From positions 4,464 through 68,463 of the forward strand of contig JAFURN010000109.1 in NCBI GenBank assembly GCA_017480865.1: a DNA stretch of 64,000 nt. The letters run 5' to 3'. Numbering within the stretch: the stretch's first letter is position 1; each line of letters begins with the position of its first letter. The stretch comes from Ruminococcus sp. (lineage in GTDB: Bacteria; Bacillota; Clostridia; Oscillospirales; Ruminococcaceae). The notes below the pieces were generated by a model that was not told where the DNA came from, searched no databases, and saw only the letters and a list, made by a program, of their open reading frames with translations. Positions 1-9,822 of the stretch are shown one piece after another. The translations under genes and the position numbers were made by a program.

Positions 1-1
1 A

Positions 2-298
2 GATTTCAACAATCCGGCGGAGGTGCGTTCCGAAGGCTACGACCGCATCACCGCAGACGGCTGGCATGACAGCTATCTTCTTGCGAAGGAAAAGGACTGC
101 GGTCTGACCGTTGGCACAGTGATCGACGGCTGGCGTGAAAAGATCACCGAAACAGAAGGCATGCGTATTGATCAGATCTGGTGCAGCAAGGCTGTTCCTG
201 TCCGAAGTTCTTCTGTTCTGTTTAATGGAATTCATGAGCCGGTGGTATCTGACCACTATGGCGTACTTGTAACACTTGATGAGGAGGTATTATCATGA
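2..298 (+). CDS. Endonuclease/exonuclease/phosphatase (EEP) family protein, 3' part; possibly MapP-like maltose-6'-phosphate phosphatase
   Basis: Frame is open from the window start: DFNNPAEVR ((G)DFN motif) ... RIDQIW ... SDHYGV, the EEP motifs; stop overlaps malQ start (ATGA). Confidence 0.75.
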   Translation, partial: DFNNPAEVRSEGYDRITADGWHDSYLLAKEKDCGLTVGTVIDGWREKITETEGMRIDQIWCSKAVPVRSSSVLFNGIHEPVVSDHYGVLVTLDEEVLS

Positions 299-1788
299 AG
301 AGAAGTGCAGGAATCCTGCTGTCCATCAGCAGTCTGCCGTCCAGATACGGCATCGGTTGTTTTTCAAAAAGTGCATATGACTTTGTAGACTGGCTTTCTG
401 AGTCCGGTCAGACCTACTGGCAGATTCTGCCCTTGGGTCCCACAAGCTACGGTGATTCTCCCTATCAGTCCTTCTCTACCTTTGCAGGAAATCCCTACTT
501 TATCAGCCTGGAAGCCCTCATAGAAGAGGGGCTGCTCACACAGGAGGAATGTGATGCGGCAGACTTTGGTGAGGATGCAGCTGCGGTCCATTATGAGAAG
601 CTTTATACAAGCCGCTATCCCCTGCTGCGAAAAGCATTCAGCCGCTGGAAGGGGGCAGAATCCGATGCATATCTCAGCTTCCTTGCGGAACATAAAGAAT
701 GGCTTCCCGATTATGCACTCTTTATGGCGGTCAAGAAGCAATTTGAGGATCAGGTCTGGACAGAATGGGATGAGGACATCCGTCTGCGCAAGCCTGCTGC
801 ACTGGACGCCTATCGTCAGAAGCTTCAGGAAGAGATCGCCTTTCACATGTTCCTCCAGTTTTATTTCTACCGTCAATGGAATCAGCTGAAAACCTATGCT
901 GCATCCAAGGGCATTCAGATCATCGGAGATATCCCGATTTATGTAGCCTTTGACAGTGCAGATACGTGGGCAAATCCAGAACTTTTTCAGCTGGATGAGG
1001 AAAATCTCCCGGAAGCCGTAGCAGGCTGTCCGCCGGATGGATTCTCTGCAACCGGTCAGCTCTGGGGCAATCCCCTTTATCGCTGGGAAGCACATGACAA
1101 AACCGGCTACAGCTGGTGGATCGCACGGCTCCGTCACTGCTTCCGGCTCTATGATGTGGTTCGCATTGATCATTTCAGAGGCTTTGACGAATACTATTCC
1201 ATTCCCTACGGCGACAAGGATGCACGAGGCGGTCATTGGGAAAAAGGACCGGGCATGGCTCTGTTCCGTGCAATAGAAAATGCACTGGGCAAGCGGGAGG
1301 TCATTGCAGAGGACCTGGGCTATATGACAGATTCTGTACGGAAGCTGGTACAGGAAAGCGGTTTTCCGGGTATGAAGGTACTGGAATTCGCCTTCGATTC
1401 CCGGGATACAGGCTGCCGGAACGATTACCTGCCGCACAACTACACGGAAAACTGCGTTGCTTATACAGGAACACACGACAACCAGACCATTGCCGCATGG
1501 TGGGATACGATTTCCGATGAAGAGCGCAGCATGGCACGAGCATATCTTTGCGATGCCTATACTCCGGAAGAAGAACTGCACCGGGTATTCATCAGCCTGA
1601 TTCTGCGAAGCCGTGCGAATGTCTGTGTGATCCCCATGCAGGATTATCTGGGATACGATGACAGCTGCCGTATGAATGAGCCGTCAACAGTAGGTCACAA
1701 CTGGCGCTGGCGCGTCACCAAAGAGGCTCTCACTGAAACGCTTCAGGCAGATATTCTGCATCTTACTTCCCTTTACGGAAGAGTATAG
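295..1788 (+). CDS. malQ: 4-alpha-glucanotransferase (amylomaltase, GH77)
   Basis: SPYQSFSTFAGNP, GQLWGNPLY, RIDHFRGF, IAEDLG, YTGTHDN motifs; GAGGAGG RBS. Confidence 0.97.
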   Translation: MKRSAGILLSISSLPSRYGIGCFSKSAYDFVDWLSESGQTYWQILPLGPTSYGDSPYQSFSTFAGNPYFISLEALIEEGLLTQEECDAADFGEDAAAVHYEKLYTSRYPLLRKAFSRWKGAESDAYLSFLAEHKEWLPDYALFMAVKKQFEDQVWTEWDEDIRLRKPAALDAYRQKLQEEIAFHMFLQFYFYRQWNQLKTYAASKGIQIIGDIPIYVAFDSADTWANPELFQLDEENLPEAVAGCPPDGFSATGQLWGNPLYRWEAHDKTGYSWWIARLRHCFRLYDVVRIDHFRGFDEYYSIPYGDKDARGGHWEKGPGMALFRAIENALGKREVIAEDLGYMTDSVRKLVQESGFPGMKVLEFAFDSRDTGCRNDYLPHNYTENCVAYTGTHDNQTIAAWWDTISDEERSMARAYLCDAYTPEEELHRVFISLILRSRANVCVIPMQDYLGYDDSCRMNEPSTVGHNWRWRVTKEALTETLQADILHLTSLYGRV

Positions 1789-1825
1789 ATTCCCCCAAAC
1801 AAAAGAGGTTCCTTTTGAAAAGTGG

Positions 1826-1880
1826 GGGATATAAATTGTAGTTCACCCGATAAACTACAATTTACACCAACGATTTGAAT
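1826..1880. repeat. 12-bp inverted repeat TAAATTGTAGTT-N9-AACTACAATTTA; half-site recurs at 56510-56545
   Basis: Read directly from the sequence; intergenic between convergent malQ and potD. Confidence 0.6.
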
Positions 1881-1906
1881 GGAAACATATATCGGATATC
1901 CGCATA

Positions 1907-1946
1907 GCAAAAAAGGCAATTGCATTACTGCAATTGCCTTTTTTGC
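1907..1946. terminator. Bidirectional intrinsic terminator
   Basis: GCAAAAAAGGCAATTGCA-TTAC-TGCAATTGCCTTTTTTGC perfect hairpin with A/T tails between convergent genes. Confidence 0.85.
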
Positions 1947-1947
1947 A

Positions 1948-3219
1948 TCAGAAAATATCTTTTTTGCTTTTGATATGCCGTCTGATCAGCACAAATACAA
2001 CGGTAGCCAAACAGAGTACCAGGAACGCCGGCATGAGCCATCGGTTGGTGATTTCATCCTCGGCAGACTTCATCTCTGTCCACAGATCCTGCATCAGCTT
2101 GTTTGCCTCGTCAGAAAGATTCACAAAAACTGTAGTACGCTCCGCAATCAGTTCCTCATCCGGATAAGAAATAGGATCATTCTGCACTTCCTCATCCAGC
2201 ATATCAAAGGCTGCTGAATGGGGTGTGGAGTAGCAGATATAATCGATATTGGCATAAGCAATATCCGGCTCGCACATAAAGTTAATGTACATTTCTGCCG
2301 CTTCCTTCTGCTTAGCACCCTTCGGGATACACATGGCATCCACAAAAAGATTGGTGCCGCTCTTGGGAACCACAAAGTTCAGAGAATCATTCTCCTCCAT
2401 AATGGTCAGAGCATCACCGGCATAATAGGGCGCGATCCATGCATCGCCGGCGCCCATCTTATCAAAGATCTCATCCATGACATAGCCCTGCACAATGCGC
2501 TTCTGCTCCTTGAGTTTCTCCGCAGCAGCCGTCAGTTCCTCCGGATCTTCCGTGTTGATGGAATATCCCAGCAGAAGTTCTGAAATGGCAAAGGCATCTC
2601 TGGGGTTATCAAACATGAGGATCTGATCCGCATAGGTTTCATCCCAGAGCAGATCCCAGTCGATATCCTCTTCGTTCAGGTCAACCGTGGTTTCATCATA
2701 GATGATCCCCACTGTACCCCATGTATACGGCACGGAGTATGCATTCTCCGGGTCATAGTCCATGTTCCGGAAATTCTCCATGATATAGCTGAAATTCGGG
2801 ATATTCTCAAAATCCAGTTCCTGAATCATTTCCTCGCGGATCATTTTGCTGATCATGTAGTCGGAGGGAATGATAATATCATAGGTCGCACCGCCGCCCT
2901 TCAGCTTCGCATAAAGTTCCTCATTGGTGGCATAGTTGGTATAATTAACTTCGATACCGGTCAGCTTTTCAAACTCAGAATTCACATCCAGAGTACCTTC
3001 ATCTGCTCCGGTGGAAATATACTCACCCCAGTTATACACATTGATGGAAATACCATCATCCTTAAAACGGGTATAATATTCCGGATCAGAAACTGTCAGC
3101 GTCTGGGCAGTGATCTCCTCTTCTTCCTCCTCGACAGCTTCCTGAGAGGAGGTGCAGCCGCAGAGCAGATTCAGCATTGCAGCAGGAAGCAGAAGCCATG
3201 ATAAAAATGTTCTCTTCAT
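1948..3219 (-). CDS. potD: Spermidine/putrescine ABC transporter substrate-binding lipoprotein with C-terminal TM helix
   Basis: Lipobox LLCGC, NVYNWGEYI, IIPSDYMI, VPYTWGTVGI; last gene of pot operon. Confidence 0.93.
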   Translation of the reverse strand: MKRTFLSWLLLPAAMLNLLCGCTSSQEAVEEEEEEITAQTLTVSDPEYYTRFKDDGISINVYNWGEYISTGADEGTLDVNSEFEKLTGIEVNYTNYATNEELYAKLKGGGATYDIIIPSDYMISKMIREEMIQELDFENIPNFSYIMENFRNMDYDPENAYSVPYTWGTVGIIYDETTVDLNEEDIDWDLLWDETYADQILMFDNPRDAFAISELLLGYSINTEDPEELTAAAEKLKEQKRIVQGYVMDEIFDKMGAGDAWIAPYYAGDALTIMEENDSLNFVVPKSGTNLFVDAMCIPKGAKQKEAAEMYINFMCEPDIAYANIDYICYSTPHSAAFDMLDEEVQNDPISYPDEELIAERTTVFVNLSDEANKLMQDLWTEMKSAEDEITNRWLMPAFLVLCLATVVFVLIRRHIKSKKDIF

Positions 3220-3221
3220 AC

Positions 3222-4025
3222 TCACTTCCCCCTGTACAGTCCAAGCTTCTTTGCCTGTCTGTTTTCAATGATATTCTTCACGATCAGAACGACTACAACT
3301 GCCACAAAAATCAGCGTAGACAGAGCGTTGATCTCCGGGGAGATCTTACGTCTTGTCATGGAGTAGATCGTGATCGGCAGCGTCTGGGATGTGGAGCCGC
3401 TCGTAAAGTAGCTGATTACAAAATCGTCCAGTGAATAGGTAAACGCCATGAGAAATCCGCTGATGATACCGGGCATGATCTCCGGCAGGATCACTTTCTT
3501 GAATGCCTGAAAAGGGCTGCATCCCAGGTCCTGTGCCGCCTCATAGAGATGCGGATCCATCTGCTTGAACTTCGGCATAATATTCAGGATAACATAGGGA
3601 ACATCGAAGGTAATATGCGCAATGAGCAGTGTCACAAAACCAAATTCGAGATGCATTCTTGCTGCAAAGAATACAAACAGAAGCATCAGAGATACACCGG
3701 TTACGATTTCCGGGTTGATGATCGGCATATTGGTGACATTCATGATCACAGCCTTGGGAACCTTCTTCATACCATTGATACCGATTGCAGCAAGAGTTCC
3801 CAGAATGGTAGACGCAATACTTGCCAGAATCGCAATGATCAGCGTATTCACAAGGGATGAGATAATGATGTCGTTATTGAACAGTCTTGCGTACCAGTCC
3901 AGCGTAAATCCGCTGAACACAGAACGGCTCTTGGTCTCATTGAAGGAGAATACGATCAATACGAAGATCGGCACATACAGAAACATCAGAATCAATCCGA
4001 CATATACCTTGCTGAGTTTTTTCAT
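3222..4025 (-). CDS. potC: Spermidine/putrescine ABC permease
   Basis: EAAQDLGC EAA loop, SLDDFVIS, TLPITIYS. Confidence 0.93.
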   Translation of the reverse strand: MKKLSKVYVGLILMFLYVPIFVLIVFSFNETKSRSVFSGFTLDWYARLFNNDIIISSLVNTLIIAILASIASTILGTLAAIGINGMKKVPKAVIMNVTNMPIINPEIVTGVSLMLLFVFFAARMHLEFGFVTLLIAHITFDVPYVILNIMPKFKQMDPHLYEAAQDLGCSPFQAFKKVILPEIMPGIISGFLMAFTYSLDDFVISYFTSGSTSQTLPITIYSMTRRKISPEINALSTLIFVAVVVVLIVKNIIENRQAKKLGLYRGK

Positions 4026-4037
4026 GTGCGCACCTCC

Positions 4038-4847
4038 TTATATAAGCACCTGGTCATCGGGGCTGAACTGGTTCATGACGGTCATAATTACCAGAATGAT
4101 CGCCATCAGCACCAGAGAGATCGCCGCCCCGAGATGGGGATTGTAGGAGTTTCCGAGAAACTGCATTTCGATCAGGTCACCGATGAGCAGATTGGAACCG
4201 CCGCCCAGCATTCTGGAAATGATGAATGTGGAAATTGCCGGCACAAACACCATCGTAATACCCGAGGTAATGCCCGGAAGGCTCAGGGGTACGATCACCC
4301 GAAAAAGGGTGCTTCGGAAGCTGCATCCCAGATCGCTGGCGGCCTCGATCACACTCTTGTCGATCTTCTCCATAACCGAATACAGCGGCAGGATCATAAA
4401 GGGCAGGTAGTTATATACCATACCCAGCACAACTGCACCGGAGGTATTGATCAGCTTGAACGGACCCAGTCCCACCATGCCCAGGAGATTGTTAATGATA
4501 CCATTATTCCCCAGCAGCGTCATCCATGCATAGGTACGCAGCAGGAAGTTCATCCACATGGGAAGCATTACCAGCAAAAGCATCGTGCCCTGCTTATGCT
4601 TTTCCATACGGGAAAGGATAAACGCCAGCGGATACGCCAGCAGCAGGCAGATCACTGTTGCAAGCAATGCCAGCCAGATTGAGCGCACGAAAATATTGGC
4701 ATACTGTCCCACATCGGAGACATTTTCGATCGTAAAGGATCCGTCCTCTGTGGTAAAGGCAAAAAACGCAACCATCAGAAGCGGTACCAGAATAAAAATC
4801 ACCATCCATACCAGATACGGAAGGGAAAGCACCTTCAGCTGTTTCAT
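4038..4847 (-). CDS. potB: Spermidine/putrescine ABC permease
   Basis: [30 protein letters not shown]; start at MKQLK overlapping potA stop. Confidence 0.93.
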   Translation of the reverse strand: MKQLKVLSLPYLVWMVIFILVPLLMVAFFAFTTEDGSFTIENVSDVGQYANIFVRSIWLALLATVICLLLAYPLAFILSRMEKHKQGTMLLLVMLPMWMNFLLRTYAWMTLLGNNGIINNLLGMVGLGPFKLINTSGAVVLGMVYNYLPFMILPLYSVMEKIDKSVIEAASDLGCSFRSTLFRVIVPLSLPGITSGITMVFVPAISTFIISRMLGGGSNLLIGDLIEMQFLGNSYNPHLGAAISLVLMAIILVIMTVMNQFSPDDQVLI

Positions 4848-5896
4848 CCGTTTCCATCCTCCGACTTCTTCATAATGTGGATATCGAAGGGATCGAAATC
4901 CATACCGATCATTGCACCTACCAGTTCTGCCTTTGTGGAATGAATGATCCATTTATGGTCTACGCCGTCTACCACCATTTCATAATGTACGCCCTTGAAC
5001 ACGACAGATTCCACGATACCGGTAAGCTTTGCCTGATCTGCAGGAATCACCTTTACATCCTCAGGACGGATGACAACATCAACGGTTTCATTGGGGCTGA
5101 AGCCCTTATCCACACACTGGAACCGTCTGCCGGTAAATTCTACCACGCAGTCCTCCGGCATACATCCGTTGATGATATTGCTCTCACCGATAAAGTCTGC
5201 AACAAAAGCATTTACCGGTTCATTGTAAATATTCGTCGGAGAGCCGATCTGCTGGATCATACCATTGTTCATGACAACAACCGTATCCGACATGGTAAGG
5301 GCTTCCTCCTGGTCATGGGTTACATAGACAAAGGTCAGTTCCAGTGCCTGCTGGATCTTTCGCAGTTCCGTCTGCATCTCCTTACGGAGCTTGAGGTCCA
5401 GCGCGCCCAGAGGCTCGTCCAGGAGCAGCACCTTCGGATGGTTGACCAGTGCTCTCGCAATGGCAACACGCTGCTGCTGACCGCCGGAAAGGCGCTGCAC
5501 AGAACGCTTCTCAAATCCCTTGAGGTTGACAAGCTCCAGCATTTCTCCAACACGCCGTACGATTTCCTTTTCGGAGAGTTTTTTGATTCTCAGTCCGAAG
5601 GCAATATTCTCATAGACATTCAGGTGCGGGAACAGCGCATAACGCTGGAAAACCGTATTCACATTGCGTTTGTGGGGCGGAACTCCATTGATGCGCTTGC
5701 CGTCAAAGAAAACATCACCGCTCGTAGGCTCCAGAAAGCCTGCGATAATACGCAGCGTCGTGGTTTTTCCGCATCCTGACGGACCGAGAAACGTTACAAA
5801 CTCCTTGTCCTTGATATCCAGACTGATATCCTTGAGGATTCTCTCACCATCCTCAAATTCAACAACAAGGTTCTTCAGACTGATAATATTCTCCAT
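4844..5896 (-). CDS. potA: Spermidine/putrescine ABC ATPase
   Basis: [30 protein letters not shown]-terminal TOBE-like region. Confidence 0.95.
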   Translation of the reverse strand: MENIISLKNLVVEFEDGERILKDISLDIKDKEFVTFLGPSGCGKTTTLRIIAGFLEPTSGDVFFDGKRINGVPPHKRNVNTVFQRYALFPHLNVYENIAFGLRIKKLSEKEIVRRVGEMLELVNLKGFEKRSVQRLSGGQQQRVAIARALVNHPKVLLLDEPLGALDLKLRKEMQTELRKIQQALELTFVYVTHDQEEALTMSDTVVVMNNGMIQQIGSPTNIYNEPVNAFVADFIGESNIINGCMPEDCVVEFTGRRFQCVDKGFSPNETVDVVIRPEDVKVIPADQAKLTGIVESVVFKGVHYEMVVDGVDHKWIIHSTKAELVGAMIGMDFDPFDIHIMKKSEDGNG

Positions 5897-5974
5897 TTAA
5901 CACGTCCCTTTCATTCTAAGATCCTGCACGGAACGAATTGTGCAGGGCTTCTGAAATCATCAAATTTCCCTATC

Positions 5975-6003
5975 ATTATAAGGGATACGACCTCAAAAGT
6001 CAA
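5975..6003 (-). promoter_or_regulatory. Sigma-A promoter for potABCD
   Basis: Minus strand TTGACT-17 bp-TATAAT. Confidence 0.7.
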
Positions 6004-6092
6004 TAAAAAACAAAATTTTCACGAAAATCGAATTTTCGTAAGTTTCAGAGGGGAATTGATTCCGAAAAACAGTTTTTCCGAATCCATCCGCC

Positions 6093-6788
6093 TTATTTCA
6101 CATAATGCAGCCATACCGCCGAACCAGACAGCACTTTTGCTTCCTTCAGATGATATTCCTTCATCACGCTCTCAGCAAAAAGCGGCTTGCTTTCTGCATC
6201 TGCAACGACGGGTGCTGCCACAAGACTCAGTTCATCGATGACATCTGCACGGGCAAAGGCACCGTTTATGACGCTTCCGCCCTCCAGAAGCAGCAGCCGG
6301 ATCCCGAACAGGCGGTACAGCTTATCCAGGGCAAGCGGGATATCCATTTCATCCTTTCCGGCGAATATGTAGGATACACCAATACTTCTGAGATAGGCAA
6401 GATAGGCACTGCCGGCATCCTCGCAGAGCACCTCGATAATGTGAGCATTGTCATAGCCCGGGTCCTCATCGGAAATATGAGACGCCGTCCATCCGAGATT
6501 TCCTCTGCGGTCAAATGCAACTGCATAATAGCTTTCCCGTTCCTCGGCAATGTAATCCTCACGGGAAATTTTCGCACCGGAAAAGGGTGTAAGATCCGGC
6601 TGAAATCCGCCTGTGAAGCTTTCCGCCATGGTGATGCGTCCGCAGGCAAAGGCGTCTGCATAATAATCCCGGTTGATCTGGTAATAGCTTTCTGCTGCGT
6701 CCTTGCAGGCTTCGCTCCGCAAAAAGCTTCCGGTTACCTTACCGTCAATGGATGTGACCATATGGCAGATGATATGCGGTTTGTTCAT
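6093..6788 (-). CDS. RibD C-terminal / dihydrofolate reductase-fold protein
   Basis: ICHMVTSIDGK start, LLLEGGSVINGAF, IDELSL motifs. Confidence 0.85.
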   Translation of the reverse strand: MNKPHIICHMVTSIDGKVTGSFLRSEACKDAAESYYQINRDYYADAFACGRITMAESFTGGFQPDLTPFSGAKISREDYIAEERESYYAVAFDRRGNLGWTASHISDEDPGYDNAHIIEVLCEDAGSAYLAYLRSIGVSYIFAGKDEMDIPLALDKLYRLFGIRLLLLEGGSVINGAFARADVIDELSLVAAPVVADAESKPLFAESVMKEYHLKEAKVLSGSAVWLHYVK

Positions 6789-6827
6789 GGTGGATACCTC
6801 CGTTTCTGTTATGGTGAGCGGTTGGGA

Positions 6828-7262
6828 TCATATATTCTGCTCCATTTCATCTGTAGGTTCATAACAAATCTTCCAGTCCAGATATGAGCCTAAAGTTCCG
6901 CAATTGGTACAGCGGTTACCAATATAAACCCATTTTGCGCTTCCGTTATCTCTGCGAATAAAACCAACTCTTACATTATACTGTTTGCAATTCTTGCATA
7001 CAGAGCATTTTCTTAATCTCGGCTTTGCCTCTTGCCAGACTTCATCACAATCCAACAGAATTTTCTTCGCACCACATTCCGGACATTTTACCTGTATTGC
7101 TGCCGCGTTTCGGTCTACTCTCAATTCTAAAAAATCATTTCCACACGAACGACAGATAACAGGCTTTACATCAATGTTGTCATCTTCAGAATACTGCCGA
7201 AGATATTCATCTACATCTTCGGCACTATCACCTGTCCAATATTTTTTCGTAGTATCAATCAT
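6828..7262 (-). CDS. Hypothetical Cys-rich zinc-ribbon protein
   Basis: Four CxxC pairs (CRSC, CPEC, CSVC, CTNC); AGAGG RBS. Confidence 0.7.
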   Translation of the reverse strand: MIDTTKKYWTGDSAEDVDEYLRQYSEDDNIDVKPVICRSCGNDFLELRVDRNAAAIQVKCPECGAKKILLDCDEVWQEAKPRLRKCSVCKNCKQYNVRVGFIRRDNGSAKWVYIGNRCTNCGTLGSYLDWKICYEPTDEMEQNI

Positions 7263-7344
7263 TATTCTTCCTCTATACAATCCTGAAAATCAACACTTTT
7301 CTTTCTTCGCAAATGAATCTCATCGTCTTCTTCCTGCGATGCTG

Positions 7345-9057
7345 TTACCCGATCTTCACCAGCTTCACATTGGAAAGGGTCACATTATAATAATCCAGTC
7401 CGCCCAGCTGGAATACGATCTCTGCATCCGCATCTGTCTGGGAAACGGTAAATGTATCCTCAAAGTGCTGCTTGTCAGCAACGGCTTCAACGCTGCTGCT
7501 GAAATATTCCTTGCTGCCTCTTACCAGCACGGGGATCTCAACATCTACATTCGTGGTATAATCAAACTGCAGGCGATATGTGCCGTCTGCCTTCAGAGAA
7601 ATACCGGAGATGAGTGCTTCGATATCATCCGCAGAATCCCCGCCTTCCACCATGTTCACCCAGAAGGACTTGTCATAGCCTACAAAAAAAGCTGCATTTG
7701 CGCCGGCTTCTGTATTCATGGTGACATCATACACGCCGTCAGCAGCTACGTCCAGACCGATCTGGCTGGATTCCATACCAAGTGCCTGACAGATCTTATC
7801 CGCCAGCACATAGGCACTGTTCTGCTGCGTCACCGCAGACGGATGCCAGTCGGAACCGTAGCCGTCTGCATTGCCGTTCTGTACGGCAGAGGCGTAGCAC
7901 ATAATTTTATCATCCACCTCTGTGCGGAAGGTGTCCACTGCGGTTTCAATCAGCGGATAGAGGTCCTCGCCGCCCATGGTACCCAGCGTACAGATAATAT
8001 ACGCATCCGGGTTATTCTCACGGATCACCTTGAGGAATGCAAGGTATCCTTCCGTAAACTCGACAGAACGTGTTTCAAACTCCGCAGTCACATAGTTGAT
8101 ATCATTGGTACCCAGATTGAGGACAACTGCATCATTTGTACGTACAGAGAAATCCCACGGCACGGCATAATCGCTCTGTTTGCTTGTGAGCGTGTAATAA
8201 TCCGGAACAAGGCTGTCTGTATTCTTATCGCCTGAGGAATATCCCGAAATGATACCATGACCGCTGTAGCTGACTGCACTGTAATCCGCACCCAGCTGCT
8301 GTGCTGCCAGATAGGCGTAGGATTTGCTGAAGTTTTCCGTTGTGGTCTTGAAGCTTTCATAATTGGATGCACCCTCTACGCCATATGCACAGGTGATGGA
8401 GTCACCGATAAACTCAATGCACAGATCATTCTTTGCAGCAGGCTTTACAGGAACTGCCGCAGAGGATGTCACCTGGATCTCACGGACGCCGATACCGCCG
8501 TACATTGCCTCGGAAAGAAGCATGACCCGCACCTTAGCCGTGCGTGACGCGCCTTCCTCAAAGAGCGTAACGGTTTCCGATGCTGCATCCATAGTTTTAT
8601 CAAGAATCAGTGTGTCATCCACATAGACTGCATATCTCGGACGATAGTCAGGGTCCGAATTCACACCGCCGTCCCCTGCAAGAGAAAGAACCGCAGATGT
8701 ACCTGTTACTGTAAATTCCGCCGCACTGCCGCTCTGCACCAGCCATGTTATGCCGTCCTTTTGCAGATTTCTGCCCTGAAGCTTTACATATTCCGCTGTT
8801 GTAGGATAGCTGCTTTCTGTCACTTCACCGGTATCTGCACGAAGTCTTTGTTTCAAGATGCTCAGGTCAAAGATATTGACGCTGCCGTCACCGTTGACAT
8901 CATCTCCGGTACGCAGTGCATTCTTTCCGACCAGTGAACCCTGAAGCTGCTGCAGATCGGAAAGAGTGTACGAATACGCTCCGCTTGCTGCTGAAATCAG
9001 CACAACGGAACTCACAGCAGCAGCAACTGCCGCTGTAATGGTTTTTTTGTGTTTCAT
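7345..9057 (-). CDS. Secreted dockerin + SGNH esterase (CE2-like acetylxylan esterase) + C-terminal CBM4/9-like module
   Basis: Signal peptide; DVNGDGSVNIFDL dockerin loop; FIGDSITCAYG, NLGTND, DWHP catalytic blocks. Confidence 0.85.
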   Translation of the reverse strand: MKHKKTITAAVAAAVSSVVLISAASGAYSYTLSDLQQLQGSLVGKNALRTGDDVNGDGSVNIFDLSILKQRLRADTGEVTESSYPTTAEYVKLQGRNLQKDGITWLVQSGSAAEFTVTGTSAVLSLAGDGGVNSDPDYRPRYAVYVDDTLILDKTMDAASETVTLFEEGASRTAKVRVMLLSEAMYGGIGVREIQVTSSAAVPVKPAAKNDLCIEFIGDSITCAYGVEGASNYESFKTTTENFSKSYAYLAAQQLGADYSAVSYSGHGIISGYSSGDKNTDSLVPDYYTLTSKQSDYAVPWDFSVRTNDAVVLNLGTNDINYVTAEFETRSVEFTEGYLAFLKVIRENNPDAYIICTLGTMGGEDLYPLIETAVDTFRTEVDDKIMCYASAVQNGNADGYGSDWHPSAVTQQNSAYVLADKICQALGMESSQIGLDVAADGVYDVTMNTEAGANAAFFVGYDKSFWVNMVEGGDSADDIEALISGISLKADGTYRLQFDYTTNVDVEIPVLVRGSKEYFSSSVEAVADKQHFEDTFTVSQTDADAEIVFQLGGLDYYNVTLSNVKLVKIG

Positions 9058-9121
9058 AGAAATCATCCTTTCTCAGATATCATTATAATAGTCAGACCGG
9101 TTCTGTCATCCGGACTGCATA

Positions 9122-9730
9122 CTATTGCAGAATTATAGTCTCCACAGGCTTAAATGAATGATATGTAATCAGTACACTTGCGTCCTTCGGAAAAATATCG
9201 CCCTTATGAAAATCGTCCTCTCCGTTGATTGAAACGCGTTCTACAGAACCATCCTTTGTGATCCAGCCTGTGATCAGATCCTCCTGTACAACGAGTTCTA
9301 TATTTGTAAAGCCCGCATTTTCCAGTTCAATTTTCACCTGTTCATAGTAAGCACCCTTATACGCCTCCGCTGAGGAGATCATCTGCACCTCGTCGGCTTT
9401 CGGGTCTCCCGGTCTTGTAAGGGCATATACAAGCCCGCAGACAAGCAGACACACCGCCAGAACCACAGCAAGGACGATCAGAAAACGCTTGTTTACCCTG
9501 CGTTTTCGTTCCATTTCCTTCTCCTGATTTTCCATAGCCTTCATATAAAGCCGGGCACTCAGATCCTTTTCCCGGATTTTCGCCACATCGATCTTTTTAT
9601 AGGTATAATTGATATTCTGTGCATTGTCATTGAGCATCAGCTTTGCACCGCAGAACCTGCAATACATCGTCTTCTTGCCGCCCTCCAGATCTGCACCGCA
9701 GCCGGGACACTCGATTTTTACAACTTCCAT
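9122..9730 (-). CDS. Hypothetical membrane protein: N-terminal zinc ribbon, coiled coil, single TM, small extracellular domain
   Basis: CPGCG...CRFCG, hydrophobic FLIVLAVVLAVCLLVCGLV, C-terminal LENAGFTNI...VLITYHS. Confidence 0.7.
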   Translation of the reverse strand: MEVVKIECPGCGADLEGGKKTMYCRFCGAKLMLNDNAQNINYTYKKIDVAKIREKDLSARLYMKAMENQEKEMERKRRVNKRFLIVLAVVLAVCLLVCGLVYALTRPGDPKADEVQMISSAEAYKGAYYEQVKIELENAGFTNIELVVQEDLITGWITKDGSVERVSINGEDDFHKGDIFPKDASVLITYHSFKPVETIILQ

Positions 9731-9822
9731 AAAGCCCTCTCTTTCTGTCTGAATCTTGCGGTCGGGAAATTGAAACAAAGATCATTTGCGGATTCTTCAG
9801 CTTCACAAGAGCAGCTCCGCCT

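Noticed and set aside
364-1581. Long antisense ORFs, here and at 6985-8235, 26082-27386, 28712-30064, 43124-44404, 47769-49100, 49347-50813, 54418-55761
   Set aside because: Each overlaps a well-supported gene on the other strand and shows no recognisable motif.
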